From Candidatus Omnitrophota bacterium (GTDB taxonomy: Bacteria; Omnitrophota; Gorgyraeia; JAFGHF01): a DNA stretch of 64,000 nucleotides. Below the pieces are notes generated by a model. That model did not search any database. It saw nothing but the letters and a program-made list of their open reading frames with translations, and was not told where the DNA came from. The translations under genes were made by a program, and so were the position numbers. Of this stretch, positions 1 to 12,000 are shown piece by piece (within the stretch, counting starts at the first letter, position 1; each line of letters opens with the position of its first letter). The stretch is taken from assembly GCA_020341815.1 (NCBI GenBank), contig CP070837.1:1172575-1236574 (forward strand), given 5' to 3'.

Positions 1-1
1 T

Positions 2-3000
2 TATGAGAAGAAAATGAAGCATATAGACCCCTTGGCAGATAGACTGAATGGAAGGGACAATCTATTAACTATAGGCGATGTGCACGAAATTATTGATAAG
101 TTTGGAGTTGATGAAAGACTGTTTGGTTTGCATCCTGATAGGGCAAAAGAGCGAGAGCTTTTATTAAAGAAAGCCCATGTCATTTCAGGCGCGGAGAGCA
201 AGAAAGAGTTTACTGCACAGCAATTAAATAGCGCTAAAATAGATAGAATTGGTATAGATGCTCTTCTTTTCCCAAATAGAAAAGTCAGAAAACATTTCTT
301 TGATGCCGACAGAGATTTATTTTATCCAATTGTTATTGGTAAGACAAAAGAAGAGTTAAAGATTACGTTAGTGGAAAAACATCAAATTTCTCAAGATTCT
401 GTGTCTGAAGCAGTCAATAAATTATTTAAAGGCAGAAATAATGATAAATGGAATGAGGAGTTGGAGCAGCTTTCGGCATCTCTTAAAAAGACTTATGCTT
501 CTCCTAAAGAATTATGGTTTGCTGTGGAGAGAGAAGCTATAGAAAAATTAATAGCATTAGGCGATAGCATTGAAAAGTTGAATAGGAACATTTCGAATAA
601 AGAATTAAGTGTTTATATAAACGCCTATTTTGGCGAAGAAGTAAATGTGCCTATAAATTATGATAGATTGAGAAGGATAATTGTTGGCGCAAATAAAGGT
701 TATCCTAAGATTGTAAAAGAAGTTGAGGAAATACATCTTCCGCATCTTCGGGAAGATTTTAAAATGGTTGATACGAATGCATACAAAGTGCAGGTTGAGC
801 CAGTATTTGCCAGACCAGGAGAAATGGTAAGAAACGGAAACGCTATGTCGGAATCAACTATTCTGGCAGAAAACTTGTTCGGCTTTATAATAAACATAAG
901 GTCATTTAAGCCCCGCACGGGTTACTATAAACGCTATCAAGGTTCTTTTGATTTCCCGCATGAAGGGGGGCATATAAAAACACATTTATTAACTGGATTG
1001 GGTCAAGATATTCGTAAGGAATTATATAAGAACGATGGCCTTGATATTCTTTATGGAAAAGGCGCAACAAAAGAACTTTTAACTTCAGAGGGCGAATGGA
1101 AGTATGATTTGTCATTTGGCGGCAATCATTCTATGAATGAAATGCTGGCAACAATTTATGGTTTAAGATATGTAGCCAGATATTTTCCTAATGTTAAAGA
1201 TCCAGAACTGCTTTGGATTATTAAAAATTTGACTGGTAGAGAAAGTAGCGATTTAAATCTTGCGATACTTTCAGAAATGCCATATAAAGACTTGAAATAT
1301 GAAATTGAATCAGCAAGAGAAGATTTAAGAGTTTCAGAAAAAGATAATGTCTATAAGAAATTTGAAGAAACAGGCAAAGGTAAGGTTGGCGGCAGTTATA
1401 TTAGCACGATGCATGCAGTTCCAGAGTTTAGAAAAGACTTAGTTGGGAAAATAAAAAGAGATTTTAAAGATGGCCGCATTCTTTCTATCGGTTGTGGTGA
1501 GGGTACGCTTGAACAGGAAATACAGGAACAAGGAATTAATGTAATCGGCATTGAGCCCAAAGAAGGCCTGGCCAAGGCAGCTAAAGAAAAAGGAATCGAT
1601 GTAGTAGTGGTGCCAGAAAAACGCAGTTATGTGTTACCGTTTAGGGGAGAATCATTTGATGCAGTAGTTCTCTCAGAAGTTACAGAACATCTGGATAATA
1701 TCATGTTTGTAGAAATTAATCGCGTATTAAAAGCGGACGGAAAGATCTACATCGCTACAAATAATGATGATGACCCTACAATAATGGCAAAAAGAGTAAT
1801 ACAGACTCAGCAAAGTGATGAAGAATTTAAGTTGATATTGGAGAATACAGGTTTTTCCAGTATAAAGATTAATAAATCACAAGGCAAGAATGAAGACTTG
1901 GGAGAATGCCGCATGACCTTTATTGAAGCTCAAAAGACTGCTTCATTGTTGCCACAGATAAAAGTCGGCACTATAATTCCGGTTGAACAGGATGGCAAGA
2001 GAGGGTTTGTTAAGGTGGTAAGTATTGATGAGAATGGAAAGATAAAATTTGAGCCGGTGGAATTACCTGAATTAAAGTTAGTTTATAGTAAGGAGACAGA
2101 AGAAGTAAGCCTCAAGCTTAATGGGGATTCCTCCAAGCCCGTTTCTCTGGCAGAGCTGAGGAACTATACTGCGGATAACGCCTATCCTTTAGCAGTTGAT
2201 GGCACGAGCCTACCTATATATTGTAGTGGTAATACGATATATGCGCTAGTTAATAATGAGTGGACAGAAGCATTGAATATACCTGCGCAGCCGGAGGAAA
2301 AAGAATTTGCCAAGGCTGCTACTAAGACGGCTCAAGACACTAAGTCTCAAGGCAGGCAGACAACTTTAGAAAAAGATTCTGGCCAAACCAAGCTCGGGTA
2401 TAAGCGGTGGACTGATGAACAACTAAAAGAGTTTGGCGAGGTGTTCGAGAAAATTCATGCCAATGCAGAGAAGAGGAATAGGAGTGCGGAAAAAGAGACC
2501 GGAGAGATTCAAGCTATTGCGCCTGAGCAAGGGGAGCCAGTTGTTGAGTTCTCTTCCGATGGAGGAAAGACATGGAGCGTTGTTGGGAATCCCAAAACTT
2601 CAGATGATAATCAGGAAGAGACGCCCAGCTCGCCTATAGATAATACCCAGCGCGAAGAGGAAAGAATGCCGGTTAGAGTGCCCGATAACAATATTGCCAG
2701 CTCCGCTCCAACGGCGCAGAGCCAGCGGCTTGCTATGGCAAATACAGGCAACGCAGAATTAAACCCTGAATATGCAGATCAGCTTCCTTATATAATTAGA
2801 CAACAGCAGGCGAACAGTCCTTATGGTAGTTCGCCATCTATCAGAGGGGCGCCGAAGCAGTCTCTGGACGCTTCCACCTTATTGGGAGCTAACCAGGGCG
2901 ATGTTAAATACGCGAATAAGGAATATGCGCGAGAAACAGGCTCTGGCGGTTCAGGCATAGGCGCAAGCAGCGCTGTCGGAACCAAAGGCCAGGGTGGGCA

Positions 3001-6000
3001 GGAAGTAGAAAAGACCTTTGAACAGCTTCGAATTGAAGCATTTAAAGTTGTAAGCGGAGTAGATTACCCTAGATGGCTGCCTGTTATTGTACCAAGACAA
3101 ACATCAAAGGTGCCTTCTAAAGAACCTGAGCAGCAAACCCAAGGTTTGCCCAATTCCAACGCTGGTAAATCTCAAAAGGGCTCTTCTCCAGCTATTATAG
3201 CTGAAGACCAAGTCCTATACGGTCCATCTGTCTTAAAACTTGGCAATAAAGTAGCAGAAGAACCTATCCGTAAGGCTATACAGGATTGGACCAGCTGCTT
3301 GATTCGCGGCCCGGCAACAATCCAGAAATTAGCTGAACGGATTTCGTCTGTCTTTAATCAAGAACCCACAACTGCAGAACCCTCTGCAAATGTGGGTCTT
3401 TTTGTGTCTGATAATGGCATAAGCAACCGGGGCGGGAATTCTTCCGCCGCCTCGGAGTTTTCTGCCCCGGTTGATGCCATTAAACATTTCGGCGTAACAG
3501 AGATCTCCTCTACCAACTCCTCCTCCCCCGCCCTGCAGACCTTGAAGAAAAGCTTTATAATGAAGCTGACAACCGGACTTATCGCTCTATGCATCGGCAC
3601 CAGCTTAGGAACATTCCTTAGCAACTCTGCGGTAGCAGCAGCCAGCCGCACTAAGGAAACGACAGAGATGCATTCTGAGGTTTCAGGTTCCATCTTGGCT
3701 CTTCAGAATAGACTATGGAGAGTGGATACCTTAATAACATATCTGGAGAATAAGGAAGCTTATGATGAAGAAGAGATAAAAGGAATAAGAGACTATTACA
3801 TAAACGTATTATTAGAAGATGTATTAGAGAAGGATGAAGAAACCAAGGAATACTTTAAGAAAAAGGTAAGAGGCTTAACTTACGATATACAAGGGTGGAG
3901 ATTCTACAGCCCTACCTTACCACACGAGAAAAAGGTATCTCTGCAGAGAGAAGCCAGGGCATTCATAGAGTTTATAAATGAGTATTTTGAGGTCTCTCCG
4001 GAAAAGAGTGATGCCGCCAGGGTAGAAAAATTTATTGGAGAAAAAGACCCCGAACCCGGAAAGATAGAACAGATAGGGTTGCTGACGAAAATAAAAGCCT
4101 ACCGCGATAGTATTGCCTCAAGAATACCCGAACAGGAAGAAGACCAGCCGGAGAAGCCAGCGGCAGAACAGACAGAGCCGGTAAAACAAACAACAGAAGT
4201 TGAGCAGCAAGAGCAGCAGTCTGAGAAGACAGAAGAAAAGACCGAAACAGAGCCCACAGAAGGCAAGGCTGAAGAGCCAACATCCGAGCCCGTTAAAGAG
4301 AAGCCAGCCACTACCAAGAGCAGCAGGAAGGCGCCAACTTCCCAGAGACTATACGCCCGTCCCACATGGGAAGCCGGTGAAACTCCCGATACGGTTATTT
4401 ATAGACCTGGAAACTATAAAAAAGACGGCCCGGATAGTAACGCCAATGGCTACACGGACAACACCTTAGAGGATGCCGCGCGACAGGTAACGGAATCAGA
4501 AGGAGACGAGCCTACTGTGCATGGGGTTGGCAGAAGGGCGCTTAAGATAGCAGAAGAGAATAACATTTCCGATCCAAACCTTATTTATCCTAAACAAGGA
4601 ATCATTATTCAAACAACCCCTGAAGCAGTAGAGAAGCTTACAGGAAAAACAGCCGACTCTCAAGCCGATGATACAACAGAAGGTACCGAAAAAGATCAGG
4701 ATGAGACAGAAGAGCTGACAGAAGAAGAAATCAAAGAGACAGCTGCCAAATTTGGCAAACTGGTTCAAAATCTTAATCAGAATAATATAGACAACATAGA
4801 GATTGACCTTAATAGCCTCTCCCCCGAGCTTAAAAAAGCCTTATCCAAGGAAATTAAGGAATGGCAGAAAGCAATAGATGAAGCTAAGCAGAAGATCCAG
4901 CAGGAAAACACTACCAAAGAAATTAAAAGCTGGATAAAAACAGGCCTTAACCCGGACAACGCCAACTTAGGCGAGACCAAGAGAAACATTCTAAAAACAA
5001 TTAAGAACTCCAGGTTACCCAAAGATATTAAAGACAAACTCACAGAAGAAACAAACGCCCAGTATAAAGAAGCTTCCACGCTTCGGTTAGAAGGCAGGAT
5101 AAAACCTATCGTAATCACATTTTGTAAGCTTGCAGGGATAGCAGTAGCCTTGATTTTGGCAGTGATCGGCTTATTTAAGCTGGCTAGAGCGCGCTTTGGC
5201 AAGAAAAACTTTCCACCGTTAACTGCAAATGCACCCCAGGCCAAGAATGAACCGAAATTCCAACTTCCCGACCTGCAGGCAAAGAAGAAGCTTGCGCAGA
5301 AGGGTCTAATTTTAGGCTTTATAGCTATTCTGCTTGGTCTGCCGATAATGCTTGGAGTGCTACCTCCGATGGAAGTGTTTGGTGCAAATCTTGGCCTTCT
5401 CCTGACAGCGGCGGGCCTGACTGTGACTATGTTGACGATATGTATATCAAGACAGTCCAAACTCGGAACATTAAGCCTGGGCAAGAGCAAGAAGGAAAAA
5501 GCTCAGCCATCCGAAAGTAAAACATCCGAGAATAAGGATAAAGCCGATACAAAGAAGAAAGAAGCAAAGTCAAAAATTTCCAAAGTACAAACAAAGAAAA
5601 GCCGGAAGGCCAAAGTTCTGATTGCCGGCCTATCCGCAACAGGTATTGCGCTTACTATCTGGGCAATCGATGTAGCCAATAAGATAACTAATAAATTAGA
5701 TAATGTTGGTATATTGCTGGCAGCAGCTGGTCTGGCAATAATACTTAGCGGCCTGCTAATCCTTAAGCTTAAGAAGCTTAAGGCAAGACAGCCTAAAGTA
5801 ATAAGCTTAAACATAGAGCCAGGCAAAGGAAAGTCCAAAGACAAAATAGACGGCCAGTCATTGCAAGAGAAAAAAGCCTTATTGCTCAGCAAAGGGTTAA
5901 CTCAAGATTATGTGAATAGTTTAAAAGAGGATAAATTAGAAAAGATAATTAAGCAATATGAGCAATGGGAAGGCGCATTAAAGAATGTAATTCAACAATT

Positions 6001-9000
6001 GAAAGATTTAAATGCAGAGGATTATGATTTGACAGCTGTTATAGGACAATTAGAACAACTATTATCAGTTGTTGGGACATATTCTCAAGGGGATGTTGTA
6101 AAGACACTTATTAACATATTGAATTTTGTATTTTTCGATAAAGGAAAGAATGCCGCGGCCGATAAAGCATATATTATCCTTAAGGATTATATCGAAGACT
6201 TTGGTAAAGGGGAAGTTTTTGAGCCTCAAATAGGAATGCTTTTTGATAAGGCTGTATGGGGAAAAATGGAGTGTGTTTATGCCTCAGAATCGGCTAAACA
6301 AGGGAGAAAAGAGGGCAAGATTTCATTAATAGGAGAAGTTGTCAGCTTAGGCTTCTTGATTATGAGAGAGATTAGGAATGCAAAAGGAAAACTTATAAAA
6401 GTCAAGCAAGTTGCTATTGTTCCGGCAAAAGTCAAATGTGTATCTTCCGAAGAATTAAAGCAGCCCGAGAAAAAGGATAGCAAAGAAAAATCCGAATTTA
6501 AATTCACAGCTAATAATAAAGAAGACAATATCCCCTTCCCAGCTAAAAGAAAATCAGGGGAAGCCTCAGGAGATGCTCAAACAGACAAAACATCCGAGCC
6601 CGAGGAAGAGGAAAAATCCGATACATCAGAACCAGAGGAAAAGCTTCCAGATAAGGAAGGCAGCACAGATAAGCCAAACGAAGAAATAGAGAATAAGCCA
6701 TCCGAAGACAAAATAGAGAATGCTGAAGAAGAAAAGGGAACCTCAGAAGATCCTCAAACAGACAAAAAATCCGAGAATAAGGAAGAAAAGGGAACTGCCG
6801 GAACCGATACATCAAAATTAAAGATTTCCAAAGCAGATAGAACTGAAAAGGAATGGAATGAGCTTGCAAAGCGCAAGGGCCTTTCGATTAGTTTATTCGA
6901 TTCAAATGGAGATAGGCCCGAGGAAGAGAAAGAATCCGATACAGCAGAACCAGAGGAAGAGCTTTCAGGCAAGGGAGATAGTACAGATAAAGTCGATCAG
7001 CCAGAACAAAAAATAGAGAAAGAGCTTTCAGGCAAAGAAGGCAGTGAAGAAATAGCATCCGAAGGCGAAGAAGAGGATGCTAAAGAAGAAAAGAGAGCCT
7101 CGGAAGATCCTCAAGCAGACAAAAAAACCGAATTTAAATTCACAATTAATGAGATAAAACCCTTCTCCTTCCTACCTAAAGAAGAATCAGATAATAAGCC
7201 AGGTGAAGAGAAATCCGAAGAAGGGGACTCAAAAGAACAGCTCCAAGACAAAGAAGAAAAGCCATCAGCAGAAATAACTAAAGACTTGAAAGAACAAAAT
7301 GGCAGGAAAGATATTATAAAGCAAGGCAATAAAAAACGAGTAAAAAAGAAACAAAAGAAAACTTCTTCTAAAACTTGGAAGAAAATAATAATTATTCTAG
7401 CCCTTATCCCAGCAATAATTATAGGTTTTGTTCAATACATTGCCTTAGAAGCCCCAGCTTCAATCGTTAATCCTTTAAATAAAAGAATCGAAGTTGGGAT
7501 AGAAAAACCGAACTTACCTATGTCTAGGCGCTTTTTAACAGCGGTAGATGATAAGGAAGAAAATGACCCTCTCGATAATGATATAGAGGACCTTTTTGGC
7601 CAGGAAGAACAAAATCTGATAGTTCGGCCTTTATCCCGGGAATTAAATCCCAATAACCTTTTAGCCTTTACCGAATCGCAATTTAATAAATCTCATAGCC
7701 CGAAGGTTATACAGATTGGAAAGAAGATAAAGGTAGCAGGATTGCACGATATACCCGGGGGAGATTACTATGAGGCATTGGAATATGGATTTGAGATGGA
7801 CGGTAGATATGTATTATTTAATGGTGAAATTCACCGTATTGTAGGCGATGATATTTATAATGACGGTAGGCTTGTAGGTAGTATTAGCGAAGACTATCTT
7901 TCCGATGGAGAACTTAATAATACAGCAATTCCAGACATAGTCGGGCTAACTGACCTTGAGGGGTCGATATTAGAAAAATTAATAAAGGATGATAAGATTT
8001 CTATTGTTTTTGCAGTCGGCCGTGACGACAGCATATATTCTTCTATTGTTGATGACGATATGATTATTAGAGGTCCGAAACCGGACTTTGAAGATTATCA
8101 AGATATAGTTATAATCAATGGCAGGCCGATAGAAGTAAAAATAAGATTAGTTTTTTCCATAACGGCTTTCTTGGATAGTTTGAATAAATTTGAAGTTATA
8201 TATGTTTTCTCTCATTCCCGATGCGGCTTAGGATTCCATTTTTATAATGATAAACATCCTGTATATATGAATCGGGGCAGAAAAATAAATAGTCAACAAA
8301 AGGTAATCGGAATAAAAAGCAATAGTATATATCTGGAAAGCTATCTTAAGCATGGTATCATCTCAAAGGATAGAATCGTAGGAAAAACAGAGAACGGATA
8401 TACTCTAATTAGCGTAAACGATTCAGATTTAACTAAAGTTGTTCCTTACAAGGGCTATCAGCTTATAATAGCAGATTCCTGTAAAAGCAGGAAACACTTC
8501 TTAGATGATTTGAAACGTTTGAGAAAAGGCTTGCCCACCAGCTTCATTCTGAGCCAAGACGATAGTCAGGCCACGGGCAATTTTGATCAGGTTGTAGGAA
8601 TTATTTTTACAGGAGGAGACGTCGATACATTAGTAAACCAGATTAATTATAGAGAAGGCAAAGAGATATGGGATTATTATGAAATAGAAGAGACTATGGA
8701 TGTTAGTGATGGCAAGAGTGACCGGGGTAGGGCTTCTTCCGCCGCCTCGGAACCTGTCCCGGTTACTGCCATTTTCCCTAACTCCACTATCGAAGATACA
8801 TACGGCTCAGTGGTTGTGGTGAAAGGAGATTCAGTGCCGCTGAATGACCAGCCCAATAGAGATTTAGCCTCTTCACCTGCAACAGAGGCAGTTGCGGATA
8901 AGGTGCAACCGCAGGAAGAGATTCTGAGGGTTTCTGCTGAAGATAGAACAGAGTTTGATGCATTAAAGGCATATTACCGTGCTTTAGTTGAGGCAAGAGA

Positions 9001-12000
9001 ACAGGCTGAAACGGATGCAGGTGCCTGGGAGACGATAAGCGATATAGCATATAATATCTATTATAACCTGGTTGTCAAATGGAGAGATAATACGAATAAT
9101 AGAACCTTACATGTAGTCGGTAAAAGCTTAGATCATGGCTTCTTAAGAGAAATAGAATTGAGAAATAGAACATCAGGAGTAGTTAGCAAGTATGATGTTT
9201 ATACTCGTAGAGCTAAGGCTTTAAAGAATCCTGCTTCTGAAGAAGAGCTTAATTCACATCTGAAAGAGCTGCGGGATAACACAGACCAGCTTATAACGTC
9301 TATGGTTTTAGTAATTGACTATTTAAGCCAGGATTATCTGCCAGCAAAGAATCAAACCGCAGAGCCCACGGATAAAAATAAGCTATTAGGGATGTATGGT
9401 AAAAAGGACACAGGGCTTTTGTTAAACCTACCTAAGATAGAGGAATCTTTAATTGCAGCAAGGGCATCTTCACCCGGAGCTAATCAGGAAGATTCAATTA
9501 CAGAAGCTTTGGCAAATAACGATTTTGATCCAGAATATCTTAACACGCTGTCTTTGCAAGAAAAAGAAGATATTTTAGCCAGAATGCAGAAATTCACCGC
9601 TCCGTTAAATGATCTTATTACCGATTTAGAAAATGAAAAGAAACAGCCCGAAGGATTGCTTAAGCAGCTTAAAAAATTAATTAAGAATTTCAGTAGCCCT
9701 GCCTTTGTTGTCGTTGAGCCGTTATTCGATTCTGTTGGTTCCATACTTGTAATGAGGGTTTCCTCCTCTCCGGCAACAGTGTCTCATGTGGAAGAGAGCG
9801 GAGGACAAGATAGCAACATAAATCCTATTACAGATGAACTTGAGAAACACATAAGGAACATAGTGGAAAAGATTAGAAAGGGAGAGTTGCCAAATTTAGA
9901 GGTAAAAGTCTCTAGCGAAGAAAGCGGAGGGCGTTCCTCTTCTCCGGTTAAAGGCCAGGAAAGATTGACAACAATGTTGATTAACTGGACAAAGGCAATG
10001 ATTCTTAGCCTATTCATAAAGGCGAAGCTGCGCAAGCTATTGTTAGACAGAGAGGCTCAAGGCAAGTTAAACCTTAGAAGTTTAATAATTAAATGGGGGG
10101 CGGGGATCCGCTGGTACATAGACAGGCTGAAAAAATCCACTGCGGGACCAAGAGGCAAGACCGGAGTAATACTTGTAATAGACAAAGAAAGACCAGGCCG
10201 ATTAAAAGATTTTAACAAAGGGGATATATTTGCAGGACAACTGAGCCTGCCGGTAGTGGTATTTTGTGCGCAGGCCTATGCAGAATACCTTAAGAAGACA
10301 GGGCTGGGAGCGTTTGTAAGCGGGGATAACCGCTTTTATTCCAAAGAATATGCGGATATGTTCAGCCGCGTATTGATAGGAAACGGCATAACCGTATATA
10401 GAGATAAGTACTTGCAAACCACACCAACGCCGGTAATATCCTATATGGCATTTTATTTTGAAGATGTAGACACAGGAGTGAGTGTAACAGCCAGCCATAA
10501 CCCGCCGGACCAAAACGCAATAAAGTCAGCTAACCGGGATGGAGGGGTGGACACGGATGAAAAGTCAGAGCAAATAGCAAATATAGCGAATGATATGTAC
10601 GCCCATCCCGATGACTATGCATTATATATTGGGGATGCTCGAAAGGCCAAAGAAGAGGATGCCTTAGAGATTTATTATGATAACTATATTAAAAAAGTTT
10701 TTGGCACTAAGTTTGCCCAGACATTGTCTAAAGCCCATAGGCAAAAAGGAAGCGAGTTTATTATAGATGGCTTGGGAGGAGTGGCCGGACGAGCAGCCGC
10801 ATACTATTTGAATCGGCTGTTTAATGGTAATAGCTGGAAAGACATTGTCACAGTATTAAATGCGAAAGCAGACCCGACAATGTTAGGGATACACAGGCCA
10901 GACCCCTCAAACCCCAAGACATTGGAGTATTCAGGAGTATTAGAGACATTGGCAGGGAATCCGAGCATATTGATGTCCGTGACAGCAGATATGGATGCAG
11001 ACCGCACGGGGCCGGCAGTAATTATACCGGAAAAAGATGTAGTCAAGGCAATGACGTTCGGCTTATTCGTGACTGAGATGAATTTCGAAGGCAAAAAGGT
11101 GCACATAGTGCGCTTTACGCCGAACCAGATATTCACCCTGTTGGCATACGAGAGGATATTGCAGGCCTTTGAGAAGTTAATAGGGACCAGGGATGTAGAT
11201 GAGATACTGCAGGCTATAAAAGATAAGAGAGTAGACCCCTCCAAGATACATGTAGTGATGTCACTGCCCACAACGAGGCTGATGTATGCATTGTGCAGAT
11301 TGTTTGGGGTAACCCTGCATTATACGGCAGTAGGATTTAAGAATTGCGGCAAGGTAGCGAAAAAGATAGAAGATGAAGACCCCGAAGCAATAGTGATAAT
11401 ATTAGCCGAAGAGAGTGGAGGAGCGATAATCGGTCCGTTAGAGCGGGGTGAAAAAGGAGAAGGCATACATAAAGATAAAGATACATTGGTGCTTGCATTT
11501 GGATTATTTGAGACAGCAGCCCGCTTAGCCTTAGAAGATAGCAGTATGCTTGAGTTCTATATAGAAATGGCCAGCCGATTGGGAGGGCTGTTCTATTATG
11601 CGCGAGTAGATGCTTACTTGCCGACACAGGAAAAGGCCGAAGAGATTAAGGATCCCCGGATAATACAAGAGGCAGCAGAAGCAAAACAGAGAGCGATAGG
11701 CGCCTTTATGGAATTAGAGAATAGTAACGAAAAACTAATTAATACTTTTGGTAAGGAAGATCTCCAATATGAAGAGGAAGAATTTACGGTACCCAATACC
11801 TTAATATTTATAAAGGAGGAGAATGAGTGGGTGCTGTTAGAGCCTCGAGGCAGAAGGCTCAAGTTTAGCGATAAGACCTCCTTGGAGATATTCCACTTGA
11901 CCGAAGGTGCAGGCGGCGGCCCTGTAATTACACTTTATGATACCGAAGGAAGGCTGCTCTACTGGACATTAATCAGGCCTTCGGGGACAGAGTCATTAAT

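Noticed and set aside
2433-2639. Alternate-frame + strand ORFs (2433..2639, 4200..4469, 14703..15002, 32553..32753, 33642..33875, 34786..34968, 38346..38630, 43641..43829, 46152..46361)
   Set aside because: They are Arg/Pro/Gln-rich translations generated by reading Glu/Lys/Ala-rich coding sequence out of frame. None has an upstream ribosome-binding signal or coherent codon bias. The ORF at 17395 is treated separately because it does.
4777-5490. Longest minus-strand ORF (237 aa) and the many other minus-strand ORFs in the track (for example 26416..26964, 34063..34608, 27505..28005, 25531..25986)
   Set aside because: They lie entirely antisense to the continuous + frame-2 ORF. Their translations are S/L/F-rich low-complexity 'shadow' sequence with no recognisable motifs. 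Their density and length are typical of antisense frames of AT-rich coding DNA.
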